In this document: one piece after another, positions 18,838 through 29,077 of the stretch | Layout of the letters: each line of letters begins with the position of its first letter | Numbering within the stretch: position 1 is the stretch's first letter | Assembly (NCBI GenBank): GCA_964626635.1 | Contig: CAZVFY010000002.1 | Coordinates: forward strand, 72,415-136,414 | From: an uncultured Candidatus Saccharibacteria bacterium | GTDB taxonomy: Bacteria; Patescibacteriota; Minisyncoccia; Phycocordibacterales; UBA918 | Direction: 5' to 3' | Length of the DNA stretch: 64,000 bases | Position numbers and translations under genes: made by a program | Notes under the pieces: generated by a model | Told to the model about the DNA's origin: nothing | The model's input: the letters and a program-made list of their open reading frames with translations, nothing else | Databases searched by the model: none

Positions 18838-19695
18838 ATGACTACCCGTTACATCTACAGCAACAGTTACATTCGCGCCCTGGAGGGGATGTTGCTAACG
18901 CGTGCAGATGTAGACCGGTTAGTCTCGATTGAGAACGAAGCAGACTACACGCGGGCACTCAATGACACCTTTCTGGCGCCGCACCTACGCGACGATGACG
19001 TGGACGCAGCGTTGATCGCATACGTGCAGTCTGGCCGTGCTTTATTACGAAGGATCGCTCCCACACCAGCGATCGCGGAGTTGTTGTGGTTGCAAGACGA
19101 CATGCGCGACCTGCGCCTAGCGGCCAAAGAGATCGCGCTCGGTGAGGACCCAAGTGTCGAGGTAGAAGAAGTGTTACTCGCGCATCCACGCTGGACGCCA
19201 GCGTACACCGAAGCCATCTCGCTCCTCCAAAATAGCCAGGTCAAGCAAGCCGAGCAAACCCTTGATCTGCTCTACGAAGCGACCATCGGGCGCCGTCTGA
19301 GCGAAGCTACTGGCTTCCCAGTGACTACCGCCTTGCTCGACGCCAAGCTTGCTGCACTCTGGTACAAACAAGCCCTCCGTTCGAATGATGAAGCACGCAT
19401 CGATGATACGCGTACTAGTCTGCGGGCGATCCCGTATTTTGTGGCAGCGGTAGAAGCATTCGACAATGGGGATGTCTACCCGCTCAGTGTCGCGCTGGAG
19501 CTGTACCCTTACCAGGCAGCCAAGCGTACCGTTACTGGCGCCTTTGGGTTCGGGGTGTTGGTGCAGTTCTATGCTCGCATCGTTACCTCGGCGACGGTCG
19601 TACGCACCCTCAAAGTCGCTGTCGCCGCCACTACACCAAACGAAGTAAAACGAGATCTAATCGCGCCGTACACGGCCCTCATGTATGAATTCTAA
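18838..19695 (+). CDS. ntpC: V/A-type ATPase subunit C, divergent
   Basis: YIYSNSYIRALEGMLLT N-terminal motif, located between E and F. Confidence 0.75.
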   Translation: MTTRYIYSNSYIRALEGMLLTRADVDRLVSIENEADYTRALNDTFLAPHLRDDDVDAALIAYVQSGRALLRRIAPTPAIAELLWLQDDMRDLRLAAKEIALGEDPSVEVEEVLLAHPRWTPAYTEAISLLQNSQVKQAEQTLDLLYEATIGRRLSEATGFPVTTALLDAKLAALWYKQALRSNDEARIDDTRTSLRAIPYFVAAVEAFDNGDVYPLSVALELYPYQAAKRTVTGAFGFGVLVQFYARIVTSATVVRTLKVAVAATTPNEVKRDLIAPYTALMYEF

Positions 19696-20014
19696 CCACC
19701 ACATCGCTATCATTGGGCCGACCGATATGGTGGCAGGCTTTCGGACGCTCGGCATCGAGGCGATCAACGCGACGTCTGGCATTGAGGCGCTCGCGGCGCT
19801 ACGCAGGCTTCGTCAAAATCCTGATCGACAGTACGCCGTGGTGTGTCTGATCGAAGAACTGTTTACAAACATTGATCCAGTTGAATTCGAGAAGGCCACG
19901 ACGGGCGCACTCCCCGCAGTCGTGCTGTTGCCAGGCACCGGTGGCGCAAGCGGTGTCGCGCTCGCGCGCCTGAGGCGCTTAGCCGAACGAGCGGTTGGTT
20001 CAGCCATCATTTAA
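19685..20014 (+). CDS. ntpF: V/A-type ATPase subunit F
   Basis: IAIIG..DMVAGFRTLG, LPAVVLLP, ERAVG. Confidence 0.9.
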   Translation: MNSNHHIAIIGPTDMVAGFRTLGIEAINATSGIEALAALRRLRQNPDRQYAVVCLIEELFTNIDPVEFEKATTGALPAVVLLPGTGGASGVALARLRRLAERAVGSAII

Positions 20015-20040
20015 TTACTTACTCATTTATTACACTTACT

Positions 20041-21852
20041 ATGTCTACCGATACCACTAAATCAACCAGTAAAACTACTTTTACACCCGGCACCATTGTC
20101 CGCGTGACCGGACCGCTTGTCCGAGCGAGCGGTATGCGCGACGCGCGGCTCTACGAACTGGTCGAAGTGTCCGACGAGCGGCTGATGGGCGAGATCATCG
20201 AACTATCTGATGATGTGGCGTCAATCCAGGTGTACGAAGACACCGCTGGGGTTGGTCCCGGAGACGTAGTGCATCGCACCGGACGGACGATGTCGGTAGC
20301 GCTCGCGCCGGGCTTGCTCACCTCAATCTATGACGGCGTACAGCGTCCGCTGCGCGACATCGAGGCGGCTGCCAACGGTCCGTACATCAAGCGCGGGATC
20401 GAAGCTGAACCAATCGACACAAAGAAAAAGTGGGCGTTCCAGGCTGTTGCGAAGAAGGGCGCAACGGTCATCGGCGGAGACGTCCTTGGTACGGTGCAAG
20501 AAACCTCAGTCATCGAACACAAAGTCATGGTGCCGCCGGACATCAGCGGGGAACTGCTCGACATCAAAACAGGTGACATGACCGTCACTGAGCCAATCGC
20601 CACTATTAAAACCGAGGACGGCGACATCACCGTACCGATGCTACAGTACTGGCCGATCCGCAACGCGCGACCAAAGACCGCCAAAATTTTTCCGACCGAA
20701 CCACTGAAAACCGGTGGCCGATCAATCGACACTTTCTTTCCAATCGCTAAGGGTGGCGCTGGGTGTATTCCTGGACCATTTGGTGCCGGCAAAACCGTGA
20801 CGCAGCAATCGATTGCCAAGTACTGTGACGCCGAGATCATCGTATACATCGGCTGCGGCGAGCGCGGCAACGAGATGACCGAGGTACTGTCCGAGTTCCC
20901 GCACCTCGTTGACCCGAACACCGGCGAGCCGCTGATGAAGCGCACCATTTTGATTGCGAACACCTCAAACATGCCAGTCGCCGCGCGTGAGGCGTCCGTG
21001 TACACCGGGATCACCATCGCCGAGTATTACCGCGATATGGGGTACAACGTCGCGCTGATGGCTGACAGTACCTCACGGTGGGCCGAGGCTATGCGTGAGA
21101 TCTCAGGACGATTAGAAGAAATGCCTGGTGAGGAAGGGTACCCAGCGTATCTATCATCAAGAACGGCCGAATTTTACGAACGAGCTGGGATGGTACAGAC
21201 ACTCGGTTCAAAAGAGCGTACTGGCTCACTGACAGTGATCGGCGCGGTGTCGCCTCCTGGTGGCGACCTCTCCGAGCCAGTGTCACAAGCAACCCTGCGG
21301 GTCACTAAAACCTTCTGGTCGCTTGATGCCGGCTTGGCGTACAAAAAACACTTTCCGAGTATCAACTGGCTAGTGTCGTACTCACTTTACGTAGAAAACT
21401 TCAAGGGGTACTGGGCAGAACACATCGCGCCGGACTTTGCTGAGATCCGCGCGATTGCGATGACACTCCTCGAGCAAGAATCATCACTCCTCGAGATCGT
21501 CCGTCTCGTCGGGATGGAATCTCTCTCGGCGTCAGACCGACTAGTACTTGAGGTGGCGCGGATGATCCGCGAAGACTACTTGTTCCAGGATGCCTTCTCG
21601 CCAGACGATGCGTACACGCCGCTTGATCGGCAGTACGGCATGCTGAAATCTATCATTGCCTTTTATACGCACGGTCAAGACGTCGTCACAGCCGAAGAAT
21701 TTGACTTTACCAAGTTCACCAGCATCCCGACCTTTAGCGAGGTCGCTACCCTCAAAGACAAACTTGACTGGAAAGCCGCTGACTTTGAAGCGTTCCAAGA
21801 TCGCGTCAAAACTGACATTATGAGCCTGCGCACCAACGCACCCACTAACTAA
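20041..21852 (+). CDS. ntpA: V/A-type ATPase catalytic subunit A
   Basis: GPFGAGKT, GCGERGNEM, PGEEGYPAYL; no intein seen. Confidence 0.98.
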   Translation: MSTDTTKSTSKTTFTPGTIVRVTGPLVRASGMRDARLYELVEVSDERLMGEIIELSDDVASIQVYEDTAGVGPGDVVHRTGRTMSVALAPGLLTSIYDGVQRPLRDIEAAANGPYIKRGIEAEPIDTKKKWAFQAVAKKGATVIGGDVLGTVQETSVIEHKVMVPPDISGELLDIKTGDMTVTEPIATIKTEDGDITVPMLQYWPIRNARPKTAKIFPTEPLKTGGRSIDTFFPIAKGGAGCIPGPFGAGKTVTQQSIAKYCDAEIIVYIGCGERGNEMTEVLSEFPHLVDPNTGEPLMKRTILIANTSNMPVAAREASVYTGITIAEYYRDMGYNVALMADSTSRWAEAMREISGRLEEMPGEEGYPAYLSSRTAEFYERAGMVQTLGSKERTGSLTVIGAVSPPGGDLSEPVSQATLRVTKTFWSLDAGLAYKKHFPSINWLVSYSLYVENFKGYWAEHIAPDFAEIRAIAMTLLEQESSLLEIVRLVGMESLSASDRLVLEVARMIREDYLFQDAFSPDDAYTPLDRQYGMLKSIIAFYTHGQDVVTAEEFDFTKFTSIPTFSEVATLKDKLDWKAADFEAFQDRVKTDIMSLRTNAPTN

Positions 21853-21858
21853 TTGCAT

Positions 21859-23334
21859 ATGAAAGAATATACTTCAGTCAAAGAACTCGCCGGACCACTG
21901 ATGGTCGTTGATGGCGTGGAAGGAGCCAAATACGAAGAGCTCGTCGAGGTGCAGGTACCAGGCGAAAAGCGCGTGCGCTACGGTAAAGTGCTGGACACCA
22001 GCAAGGGACGCGCGGTGGTGCAGATGTTCGATGCCACGGCCGGCATGACCACCGCTGGAACGCGCGTGCGATTCCGGGGCGAGACCCTCAAGCTCGGTGT
22101 GTCAGAAGACATGCTCGGGCGAGTATTTACCGGGGCGGGCGAAGTGGCCGATGGTGGCCCGGCGATCGTGCCAGAGGCGCGACTTGATATCGCTGGTGAA
22201 CCGATCAACCCGTACTCACGAGAATTCCCCAACGATTTTATCCAGACCGGGATCGGTTCGATCGACGTAATGAACACGCTCGTGCGTGGGCAAAAGCTAC
22301 CGATTTTCTCGGGGGCTGGGTTGCCACACGCGCGGCTGGCGGCGCAGATCGCGCGGCAAGCAACTGTGAGTGACGGCGCGAACTTCGCGATCGTATTTGG
22401 GACGCTCGGGGTGTCATTTGAAGAGGCAGAATACTTCCGTCGCGAATTCGAAGAGGCGGGCGCGCTCGAGCGCAGTGTGCTGTTTATCAACACCGCAGCT
22501 GACCCAGTGGTCGAGCGTGTCTCGACGCCGCGCATGGCGCTAACGACCGCCGAGTACCTGGCGTTCGAAAAAGGTATGCACGTCCTCGTGATCTTGACTG
22601 ACCTCACCAACTACTGTGAAGCACTACGCGAGGTGTCGAGCGCGCGCAAAGAAGTCCCCGGGCGTCGCGGGTATCCTGGATACTTGTACACTGACCTGTC
22701 GACGATCTACGAACGCGCTGGGCGCGTCAAAGGCAAAGAGGGAACTATCACCCAGATCCCCATCCTGACTATGCCCGACGACGACAAAACCCACCCGGTC
22801 CCCGACCTCACTGGGTACATTACCGAAGGACAGTTCGTCGTATCACGCGAACTTTACCGCAAAGAGATATTCCCGCCAGTTGATGTGCAGGGGTCACTGT
22901 CGCGACTCTGGGCGGCTGGTGTTGGCGAGGGCAAGACCCGCGCTGATCATAAGAACCTCAAGGACCAGCTTTTTGCGTCGTACGCCGTTGGTACCGAAGT
23001 GCGCGAGCTAGCCGTGGTGCTGGGCGAGGCGTCACTAGACGACAACGATCGCGCGCACTTACGGTTTGCCGATGCCTTTGAGAAAGAGTTCGTCGGCCAA
23101 GGCGAATACGAGAACCGTAGTGTCGCTGAGTCACTCGATATTGGGTGGAAATTATTGCGGATGCTACCACGCAATACCCTCAAGCGTGTAAAAGCCGCCG
23201 AGATTGACCAGTACATGGGGGCCGAGGCACCCGAGGCAGATGCAGCAGCTGATCAGGTGTCAGAAGGTGAGGTGGCTGCAGGGGCGCCAGAGCCAAGTAT
23301 GATGGGGGATAACAAAAACCAACCAGTTGCGTAA
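21859..23334 (+). CDS. ntpB: V/A-type ATPase subunit B
   Basis: [36 protein letters not shown]. Confidence 0.98.
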   Translation: MKEYTSVKELAGPLMVVDGVEGAKYEELVEVQVPGEKRVRYGKVLDTSKGRAVVQMFDATAGMTTAGTRVRFRGETLKLGVSEDMLGRVFTGAGEVADGGPAIVPEARLDIAGEPINPYSREFPNDFIQTGIGSIDVMNTLVRGQKLPIFSGAGLPHARLAAQIARQATVSDGANFAIVFGTLGVSFEEAEYFRREFEEAGALERSVLFINTAADPVVERVSTPRMALTTAEYLAFEKGMHVLVILTDLTNYCEALREVSSARKEVPGRRGYPGYLYTDLSTIYERAGRVKGKEGTITQIPILTMPDDDKTHPVPDLTGYITEGQFVVSRELYRKEIFPPVDVQGSLSRLWAAGVGEGKTRADHKNLKDQLFASYAVGTEVRELAVVLGEASLDDNDRAHLRFADAFEKEFVGQGEYENRSVAESLDIGWKLLRMLPRNTLKRVKAAEIDQYMGAEAPEADAAADQVSEGEVAAGAPEPSMMGDNKNQPVA

Positions 23335-23342
23335 TACCTATC

Positions 23343-23975
23343 ATGGCAATCTTAAAAATCAGTCCAACGCGGGTCTCACTCCTCAAACTAAAAAAGGAGC
23401 TCAAGACCGCCAAGAAAGGCCATAAACTCCTCAAGGATAAACGCGACGGTCTCGTCAAGAAATTCATGAGCGTGATCTACGAAGCTAAGGCGACTCGTGA
23501 ATCAGTCGAGGAGCGCCTGGGGTCAGCATTCGCGAGTTACCAGCGCGCCAGTATGGTCGCCAGCCCCGGCGCGCTCGAGGTGGCGACTAAATTGCCTGGT
23601 GCGTCGCTCTCTCTCGGCGTCAGTGTCAAGCGTGTTATGTCAGTCCCGGTGCCGGAATTTACGGTCGACAAGACTGGGGAGGCGGCCGTGTACAGTCAGG
23701 CCGATACGCCAATCGAACTAGATACCGCCATCACAAAATTTGATGATGTGATCGTTGATATTCTGACACTCGCGGCACTCGAGAAAACCGCCGCGAACCT
23801 GGCCGAAGAGATAGAGAAGACGCGCCGCCGCGTATCCGCCCTCGAGAATATCCGCATTCCGAACCTGCAAGACACGATTAAATTCATCACCATGCAACTG
23901 GATGAGCGTAACCGGGACGCGGTGGTGTCGACGATGCGAGTGAAAGCAATGATTGTTGCCAAGGAAAACGCCTAA
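23343..23975 (+). CDS. ntpD: V/A-type ATPase subunit D
   Basis: PTRVSL, GHKLLKDKRD, KTRRRVSALE. Confidence 0.95.
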   Translation: MAILKISPTRVSLLKLKKELKTAKKGHKLLKDKRDGLVKKFMSVIYEAKATRESVEERLGSAFASYQRASMVASPGALEVATKLPGASLSLGVSVKRVMSVPVPEFTVDKTGEAAVYSQADTPIELDTAITKFDDVIVDILTLAALEKTAANLAEEIEKTRRRVSALENIRIPNLQDTIKFITMQLDERNRDAVVSTMRVKAMIVAKENA

Positions 23976-23979
23976 AACA

Positions 23980-24156
23980 ATGAGTGTACCCATCATACAA
24001 TTTAATTACAAAACCGCTGTAATCTTACTATTGCTTGTTATTGTAGTATTGCTAATTTGGATCGCATTCGTCTTGGATGATATATATTGGTTAGTTACTG
24101 AAACTAATTTAAATACAGAAATTTTATTCAACAGAACGGTTGAGTCAGATAACTAA
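23980..24156 (+). CDS. Small single-TM hypothetical protein
   Basis: 58-aa AT-rich ORF starting 4 nt after the ntpD stop. Confidence 0.5.
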   Translation: MSVPIIQFNYKTAVILLLLVIVVLLIWIAFVLDDIYWLVTETNLNTEILFNRTVESDN

Positions 24157-24984
24157 TATAATCTCTTCAGGTAGCGTCAATTCGCGGTTATCTAAATCTG
24201 AAATTTGCAACAACGTCGTCGCCCATACATCTGCATCTGTCGCGTTCTGCGCGGTGAGGTACACGGCGTCTCTCACTGTCGCTTCGGCAACAATATGATG
24301 TTGTTCGCTAGTACCGCGACTAGCGTCACGTACGGGCCAGCGGCGTTTAAGCGGACTACTGGCGGCGAAGGCTTGATTATGTAAGTGCGTCGTGCCGACG
24401 ACCACGCCCGGACGAAGTGGGTCTTCGAGATAAATTTCGACTGGCTCGCCATTGTGGTGCGTCGCGTAAATATCGCCACCACCATTGATCAAAAATTGTT
24501 CGAGGCCGTGCTGGTGGTGCAGGGCTGTAGCGAGTAAATCAATCAGATATCCTTTCCCATACCCCCCAATATCGACGTGCGTGTGACCGAGTAGTTGGAT
24601 CTCGCCGTCGGTCATAATGATGCCGGTGGTTGGATTGCCCGGCGTGCGATCGGCCGCCCCGTCGTAGCGGAACGAGTAATTGGCGTCATAGCCATTGGCG
24701 ATTTGGATATGGCCGGTCAGGATGTTGAATAGCCCGTTAGTGCGGCGGTAGTATTCGATCCCGGTGTGGAGGAGGGTGCGAGTCTCGTCGCTTGGCGACG
24801 CGAGCACCCGGTCGTGGTTTAGGCGACTGATCAAACTGTCAGTCTTGAACCGGGAAAATTTGTTTTCAAATTCATTTACGATCAAGCGGCAGAAACGTTC
24901 CGTTTCTGCCGCTTGTTCTTTAGTTTGAGTGTCCCAGATCTCAATCCACCACTGGGTGCCGAGGGCAGGGAAATTACATTGCAT
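24145..24984 (-). CDS. apbE: ApbE-family FAD:protein FMN transferase
   Basis: ALGT, FSRFKTDSLISRLN, DIGGYGKGY, INGGGD, ADVWAT. Confidence 0.9.
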   Translation of the reverse strand: MQCNFPALGTQWWIEIWDTQTKEQAAETERFCRLIVNEFENKFSRFKTDSLISRLNHDRVLASPSDETRTLLHTGIEYYRRTNGLFNILTGHIQIANGYDANYSFRYDGAADRTPGNPTTGIIMTDGEIQLLGHTHVDIGGYGKGYLIDLLATALHHQHGLEQFLINGGGDIYATHHNGEPVEIYLEDPLRPGVVVGTTHLHNQAFAASSPLKRRWPVRDASRGTSEQHHIVAEATVRDAVYLTAQNATDADVWATTLLQISDLDNRELTLPEEIILVI

Positions 24985-24992
24985 GCAGATCT

Positions 24993-25538
24993 CTATGACT
25001 GCGCGCGCATTGCGGCCACTGCCTCGTTAAACGCTTCACTCGTGAGGGAAGCGCCACCAACGCGTGAAAGATTAATTTCGTTTAAACGTTTGCCTACTAC
25101 CTCGCTCGTGTATGCTGCATCAAACGCTTGATGGCTAGGGGTGACACCAGCCCCGCCATCGTACGTAACATCTGCGTCTACCACTACCCGATCTTTGAGT
25201 GTAAGAGAAACGAGAATCTCATGCTCGGTGCGACGTGGAGTAAAGTACGACGCTTCAGCCGTGAGGATGCGCTCATCGTCGGTGGGGTCAAACGCTTCGT
25301 CAGTTATCCTCGCGCTATCATTTGGTACCATCGCTTCTTCATCAACTGGCGCTCCGCGCACTGCGCTCGCTTCTTCGGCTGCTTCTACCGCTTCCCGGGC
25401 CGACTCCACGGCAGTGATTGGTGTAGTGTTTGTCTCATCGCTACTGGTACCGCCGATCATGACAAACGCCAACACTGCGCCGATTACTATTACAACTCCA
25501 AAAATAACTATAGGCATATAAAAATTAATTAACTTCAT
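24993..25538 (-). CDS. Membrane-anchored FMN-binding (flavinylation substrate) protein
   Basis: N-terminal TM, acidic linker, C-terminal RVGGASLTSEAFNEA resembling the [S/T]GA[S/T] flavinylation motif; start uncertain. Confidence 0.75.
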   Translation of the reverse strand: MKLINFYMPIVIFGVVIVIGAVLAFVMIGGTSSDETNTTPITAVESAREAVEAAEEASAVRGAPVDEEAMVPNDSARITDEAFDPTDDERILTAEASYFTPRRTEHEILVSLTLKDRVVVDADVTYDGGAGVTPSHQAFDAAYTSEVVGKRLNEINLSRVGGASLTSEAFNEAVAAMRAQS

Positions 25539-25553
25539 GCTAGTATAGCGATC

Positions 25554-27134
25554 ATGAGACAACTTGTACATATACCGTATCACGCATGGATGTATGCGAT
25601 GAAGAAAATTGATGCGACAGGTATGTATCGCATTGTATCGGTAACACTTGCTTTGCTAGTCCTTTGCAGCTTACTCGCAAGTAGTATTGGGCAACTGGCG
25701 TATACTCTGCCCGCGCTGTTTACTTCTTTGGTACTCGCAGTGCTGGTGGCACTGGGGCTTAATAAAGTGATCGGAATGCTGTTGCGAGTTCCAGTTAATC
25801 AAGAATCAGCCCTTATTACCGGTCTCATTTTGTTTTTTATGATGATACCAAGCGCCAACTTGGTCGAGAACTGGTACCTGGTTGCAGCAGTGGCGCTGGC
25901 CATTCTCTCGAAGTACTTAATTGTGTATCGTCGCCAACACATAGTAAATCCGGCGGCGGCTGGTGCTGTCGGTCTTGTACTCATCATCGGTGGAGTAAAT
26001 GTAGTACAAGGTACGAGCTACAACACAGACATTTTTTCTTGGTGGGTGGCCAACCCTATTTTGTTTTTGCCAGTCCTTTTGCTGGGTGCAGCCGTAGTTC
26101 AAAAAATTAGAAAATGGCCGGGAGTTTTGGCGCTAATAATTGTTGGTTTAGTGGTATTTGTGTATGAGTCGCTCACGTTTGGGCTTTCGGCACTGTCTGC
26201 GACACAACTTTTCTTTGTTTCGTTTCCGACGCTTTTCCTTGCGTTTTACATGTTTACTGAGCCGACCACGATGCCGCCGCGAAAATGGCATCAGGTAACC
26301 TACGGGGCTCTCGTTGGTGCACTGATGAGCACGACGCTCTTTGCGCCTTACCTTGCAATGACGCCAGAGCTGGCGTTGGTGCTAGGTAACGTATATGCGT
26401 ACAGCTTTCGAGCGAGGCGTAAGCTGTACCTCACATTAGTCGAAACACGATCACTAACGCGCAATGTATTAGAGTTTGTTTTCAAGAAGCCAACAGACTT
26501 TTATTTTCGAGCCGGACAATATCTGGAATGGATGTTACCGCACGAAAAAGCAGACGATCGCGGTGCGCGTCGCTATTTTACGATAGCGTCGAGCCCGACC
26601 GAAGACGTTGTACGACTGGCTCTAAAAGTGCCAGAAAACCCAAGCACGTACAAACAATCTTTGACTGATATGAAAGTCGGTGAACAACTAATTGCGAGCC
26701 AGCTTGCCGGAGACTTTCTATTGCCTACTACACCTCAGTACATGCTCGGGCTGATTGCTGGCGGTATTGGCATCACTCCTTTTCGAAGCCAGCTGCGGTA
26801 CTTACATGATCAGGGGCGCATAGTCGATACTGTGCTATTTTACTGTGCGCCTACGAGCGCTGACCTTGCGTACAAAGATGAGCTTAAAGAATACCAGCCT
26901 GACCTTTGTCTAGTTCCAGTGCTTGACTCAACTGAAGATAATCAAGATAAAGATGATGTAATCGAAGGGTATCTCACAACAGCATCACTCACCAAGCATG
27001 CACCAGACTATCTTGAGCGGCACTGGTATTTATCCGGCCCTCCAGGCTTGGTAAATGCTTACAAAAAGCTTTTACTGCAAGCGAAAGTGCCGCGGCGCAA
27101 TATCAAGACTGATTATTTCCCGGGACTTGCGTAG
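25554..27134 (+). CDS. RnfD/NqrB-like membrane domain fused to an FNR-type FAD/NAD(P)-binding oxidoreductase
   Basis: N-terminal multi-TM region with SALITGL, HIVNPAA, MFTEPTTMP; C-terminal RRYFTIAS, GGIGITP, SGPP. Confidence 0.85.
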   Translation: MRQLVHIPYHAWMYAMKKIDATGMYRIVSVTLALLVLCSLLASSIGQLAYTLPALFTSLVLAVLVALGLNKVIGMLLRVPVNQESALITGLILFFMMIPSANLVENWYLVAAVALAILSKYLIVYRRQHIVNPAAAGAVGLVLIIGGVNVVQGTSYNTDIFSWWVANPILFLPVLLLGAAVVQKIRKWPGVLALIIVGLVVFVYESLTFGLSALSATQLFFVSFPTLFLAFYMFTEPTTMPPRKWHQVTYGALVGALMSTTLFAPYLAMTPELALVLGNVYAYSFRARRKLYLTLVETRSLTRNVLEFVFKKPTDFYFRAGQYLEWMLPHEKADDRGARRYFTIASSPTEDVVRLALKVPENPSTYKQSLTDMKVGEQLIASQLAGDFLLPTTPQYMLGLIAGGIGITPFRSQLRYLHDQGRIVDTVLFYCAPTSADLAYKDELKEYQPDLCLVPVLDSTEDNQDKDDVIEGYLTTASLTKHAPDYLERHWYLSGPPGLVNAYKKLLLQAKVPRRNIKTDYFPGLA

Positions 27135-27139
27135 TGTTG

Positions 27140-27811
27140 CTACCAGTTGATGGGCGAATAGCCGTGCTCCACCAAGTATGCATTACATTTTGAAAAATGC
27201 CGATTCCCAAAAAAGCCTTTGTCGGCCGAAAAGGGAGACGGATGCGGGGAGGTAAGTATACGGTGTTTGGTCTCGTCAATCAGTTCTGACTTACTGATCG
27301 CGAACTTACCCCACAGTAAGAACACAACGTGTTCGCGTTCGCGAGAGATAGTGCTGATAACCGCATTGGTAAACGTTTCCCAGCCTAGTTTTTGGTGACT
27401 ACCTGGTCGGCCTTTCTCGACTGTCAGCGTGGCGTTGAGTAGCAATACCCCTTGCTTAGCCCAGTTGGTCAGGTCGCCGCTGGTACGCTGCGTTGCAGGT
27501 ACGCCGGTGTCAGACTCTATTTCTTTGTAGATATTTTGGAGCGACGGGGGAACGCGAATACCGTCGGCGACGCTAAATGACAACCCCATGGCTTGGCCTG
27601 GTCCGTGGTACGGGTCTTGACCCAGGATAACTACGCGCACCTGGTCGAGCGGCGTTTGGTTAAAGGCATTAAACACCAATGGTGCTGGTGGGTAGACCGG
27701 CGGGTCGGCGATCAGGTAACTAGCGCGGACTTCATTCGTTAGATTTATAAAATACTCCTGCTCGAACTCATTCGATAGCACCGTTTTCCAGGATTCGTGA
27801 ATCTTGACCAT
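27140..27811 (-). CDS. ung: Uracil-DNA glycosylase family 1
   Basis: GQDPYH, GVLLLN, HPSP. Confidence 0.97.
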   Translation of the reverse strand: MVKIHESWKTVLSNEFEQEYFINLTNEVRASYLIADPPVYPPAPLVFNAFNQTPLDQVRVVILGQDPYHGPGQAMGLSFSVADGIRVPPSLQNIYKEIESDTGVPATQRTSGDLTNWAKQGVLLLNATLTVEKGRPGSHQKLGWETFTNAVISTISREREHVVFLLWGKFAISKSELIDETKHRILTSPHPSPFSADKGFFGNRHFSKCNAYLVEHGYSPINW

Positions 27812-27835
27812 GTATATGCAGTATACTGAAACGAT
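27812..27835. promoter_or_regulatory. Symmetric bidirectional -10 element
   Basis: Palindrome CAGTATACTG gives TATACT on both strands, each 8 nt before an ATG (27811 and 27836). Confidence 0.65.
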
Positions 27836-28189
27836 ATGAAAGACGCACGTCGCCGCAGTATCGCCAAAGCCCTCACGTGGCGCGTGATTGCGACTACGAC
27901 TACCATGGCGCTCGCGTACGCCGCTACCGGTGATCTAAAGCTGGCTGGCACTATCGGCGCGCTCGACGTCGTTATTAAATTAGCGTTTTACTACGCGCAC
28001 GAACGCGCATGGGGAAGGGTGCAGTGGGGAAAAGGCACAAGGTTACAATTTTACCAGTTCCAGGAATCGCCGCCGGGCCGAAGCCGGCGATTCGGAACAA
28101 AATTTCGTAATAGTCATTGCATTCCTTTACTCATTTTTGACACCCGGGACAATAGTGCGTCCCACGCCCGGCGCAGCGGATTTTTTTAA
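27836..28189 (+). CDS. DUF2061-like small membrane protein with 3' extension
   Basis: RSIAKALTWR...YYAHERAW motif; residues after about aa 66 run through a hairpin and overlap mutM. Confidence 0.75.
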   Translation: MKDARRRSIAKALTWRVIATTTTMALAYAATGDLKLAGTIGALDVVIKLAFYYAHERAWGRVQWGKGTRLQFYQFQESPPGRSRRFGTKFRNSHCIPLLIFDTRDNSASHARRSGFF

Positions 28190-28994
28190 TAATTGCGCCA
28201 CACCGCGAGCAGTTTGTGCCTTGTTGGCCAAAGACTTGTAGGTAGTCGGTAAAATTACCGTTCTCACCGCCAGTGTCCTTAAAATGTTGAAAGGTCGTGC
28301 CGCCCACGGCAATCGATTCATTCATAACGTCACCGGCGGCTTTGCACAGTAGCGCAGCCTCGGTCTTCGTCACCCGTGACGCCCGCCTCGTCGGACGCAC
28401 TCGCGCGCGCCAGAGCGCTTCGTCTACGTAAATATTCCCGAGACCAGCGACAAATGATTGATCGAGTAGTGCTGCCTTCACGGGCGTATTGCGCTTTTTG
28501 AGTTTGGCGGTAAACCATTCACAGTCAAAGTCTGATCGGATCGGTTCGGGACCAAACGCACTGCGAGCCAGCTCGACATCCGCGGCAGTCGCGAGACGAA
28601 AGTACCCAAACAATCGCATGTCATTGAAATACAGGTGTGAGCCATCAGTGAATTCTAGGGCTACTCGGGTGTGCTTGTTCGGTAGTATCAGTGACGGCTC
28701 GCTCATGCTGTGGCCGCCACCACTCGCGCGGCCAGCTGGAGTAACATAAAAGTACTGCCCAGTCATCTTGAGGTGGGTCAAGATAAACAGATCTGCTTGG
28801 CCCTGGAACGCAATAATAAGTAGTTTGCCCACGCGGTCAATTGTCCGTATGGTTTTGCCGGCGAGTTGCGGCTGCAGACTGTCGTGCGGCTCGATCGGCT
28901 TGGGGTGGAGGGCATCGATGCGCGCAATGGTCTTGCCGCGCACTTTCTTTAATAGCTGCAAACGGACTGTCTCGACTTCGGGTAACTCGGGCAT
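28131..28994 (-). CDS. mutM: Formamidopyrimidine-DNA glycosylase
   Basis: MPELPEVE, HLKMTG, GLGNIY, C-terminal zinc finger. Confidence 0.97.
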   Translation of the reverse strand: MPELPEVETVRLQLLKKVRGKTIARIDALHPKPIEPHDSLQPQLAGKTIRTIDRVGKLLIIAFQGQADLFILTHLKMTGQYFYVTPAGRASGGGHSMSEPSLILPNKHTRVALEFTDGSHLYFNDMRLFGYFRLATAADVELARSAFGPEPIRSDFDCEWFTAKLKKRNTPVKAALLDQSFVAGLGNIYVDEALWRARVRPTRRASRVTKTEAALLCKAAGDVMNESIAVGGTTFQHFKDTGGENGNFTDYLQVFGQQGTNCSRCGAIIKKIRCAGRGTHYCPGCQK

Positions 28995-29077
28995 GTTCGT
29001 ATTGTACCTGGCTGGGGGGCACAATACTAGTGATATGTACAATTTGTACACCAGTGTATTCGTGCTAGACTGTTATT

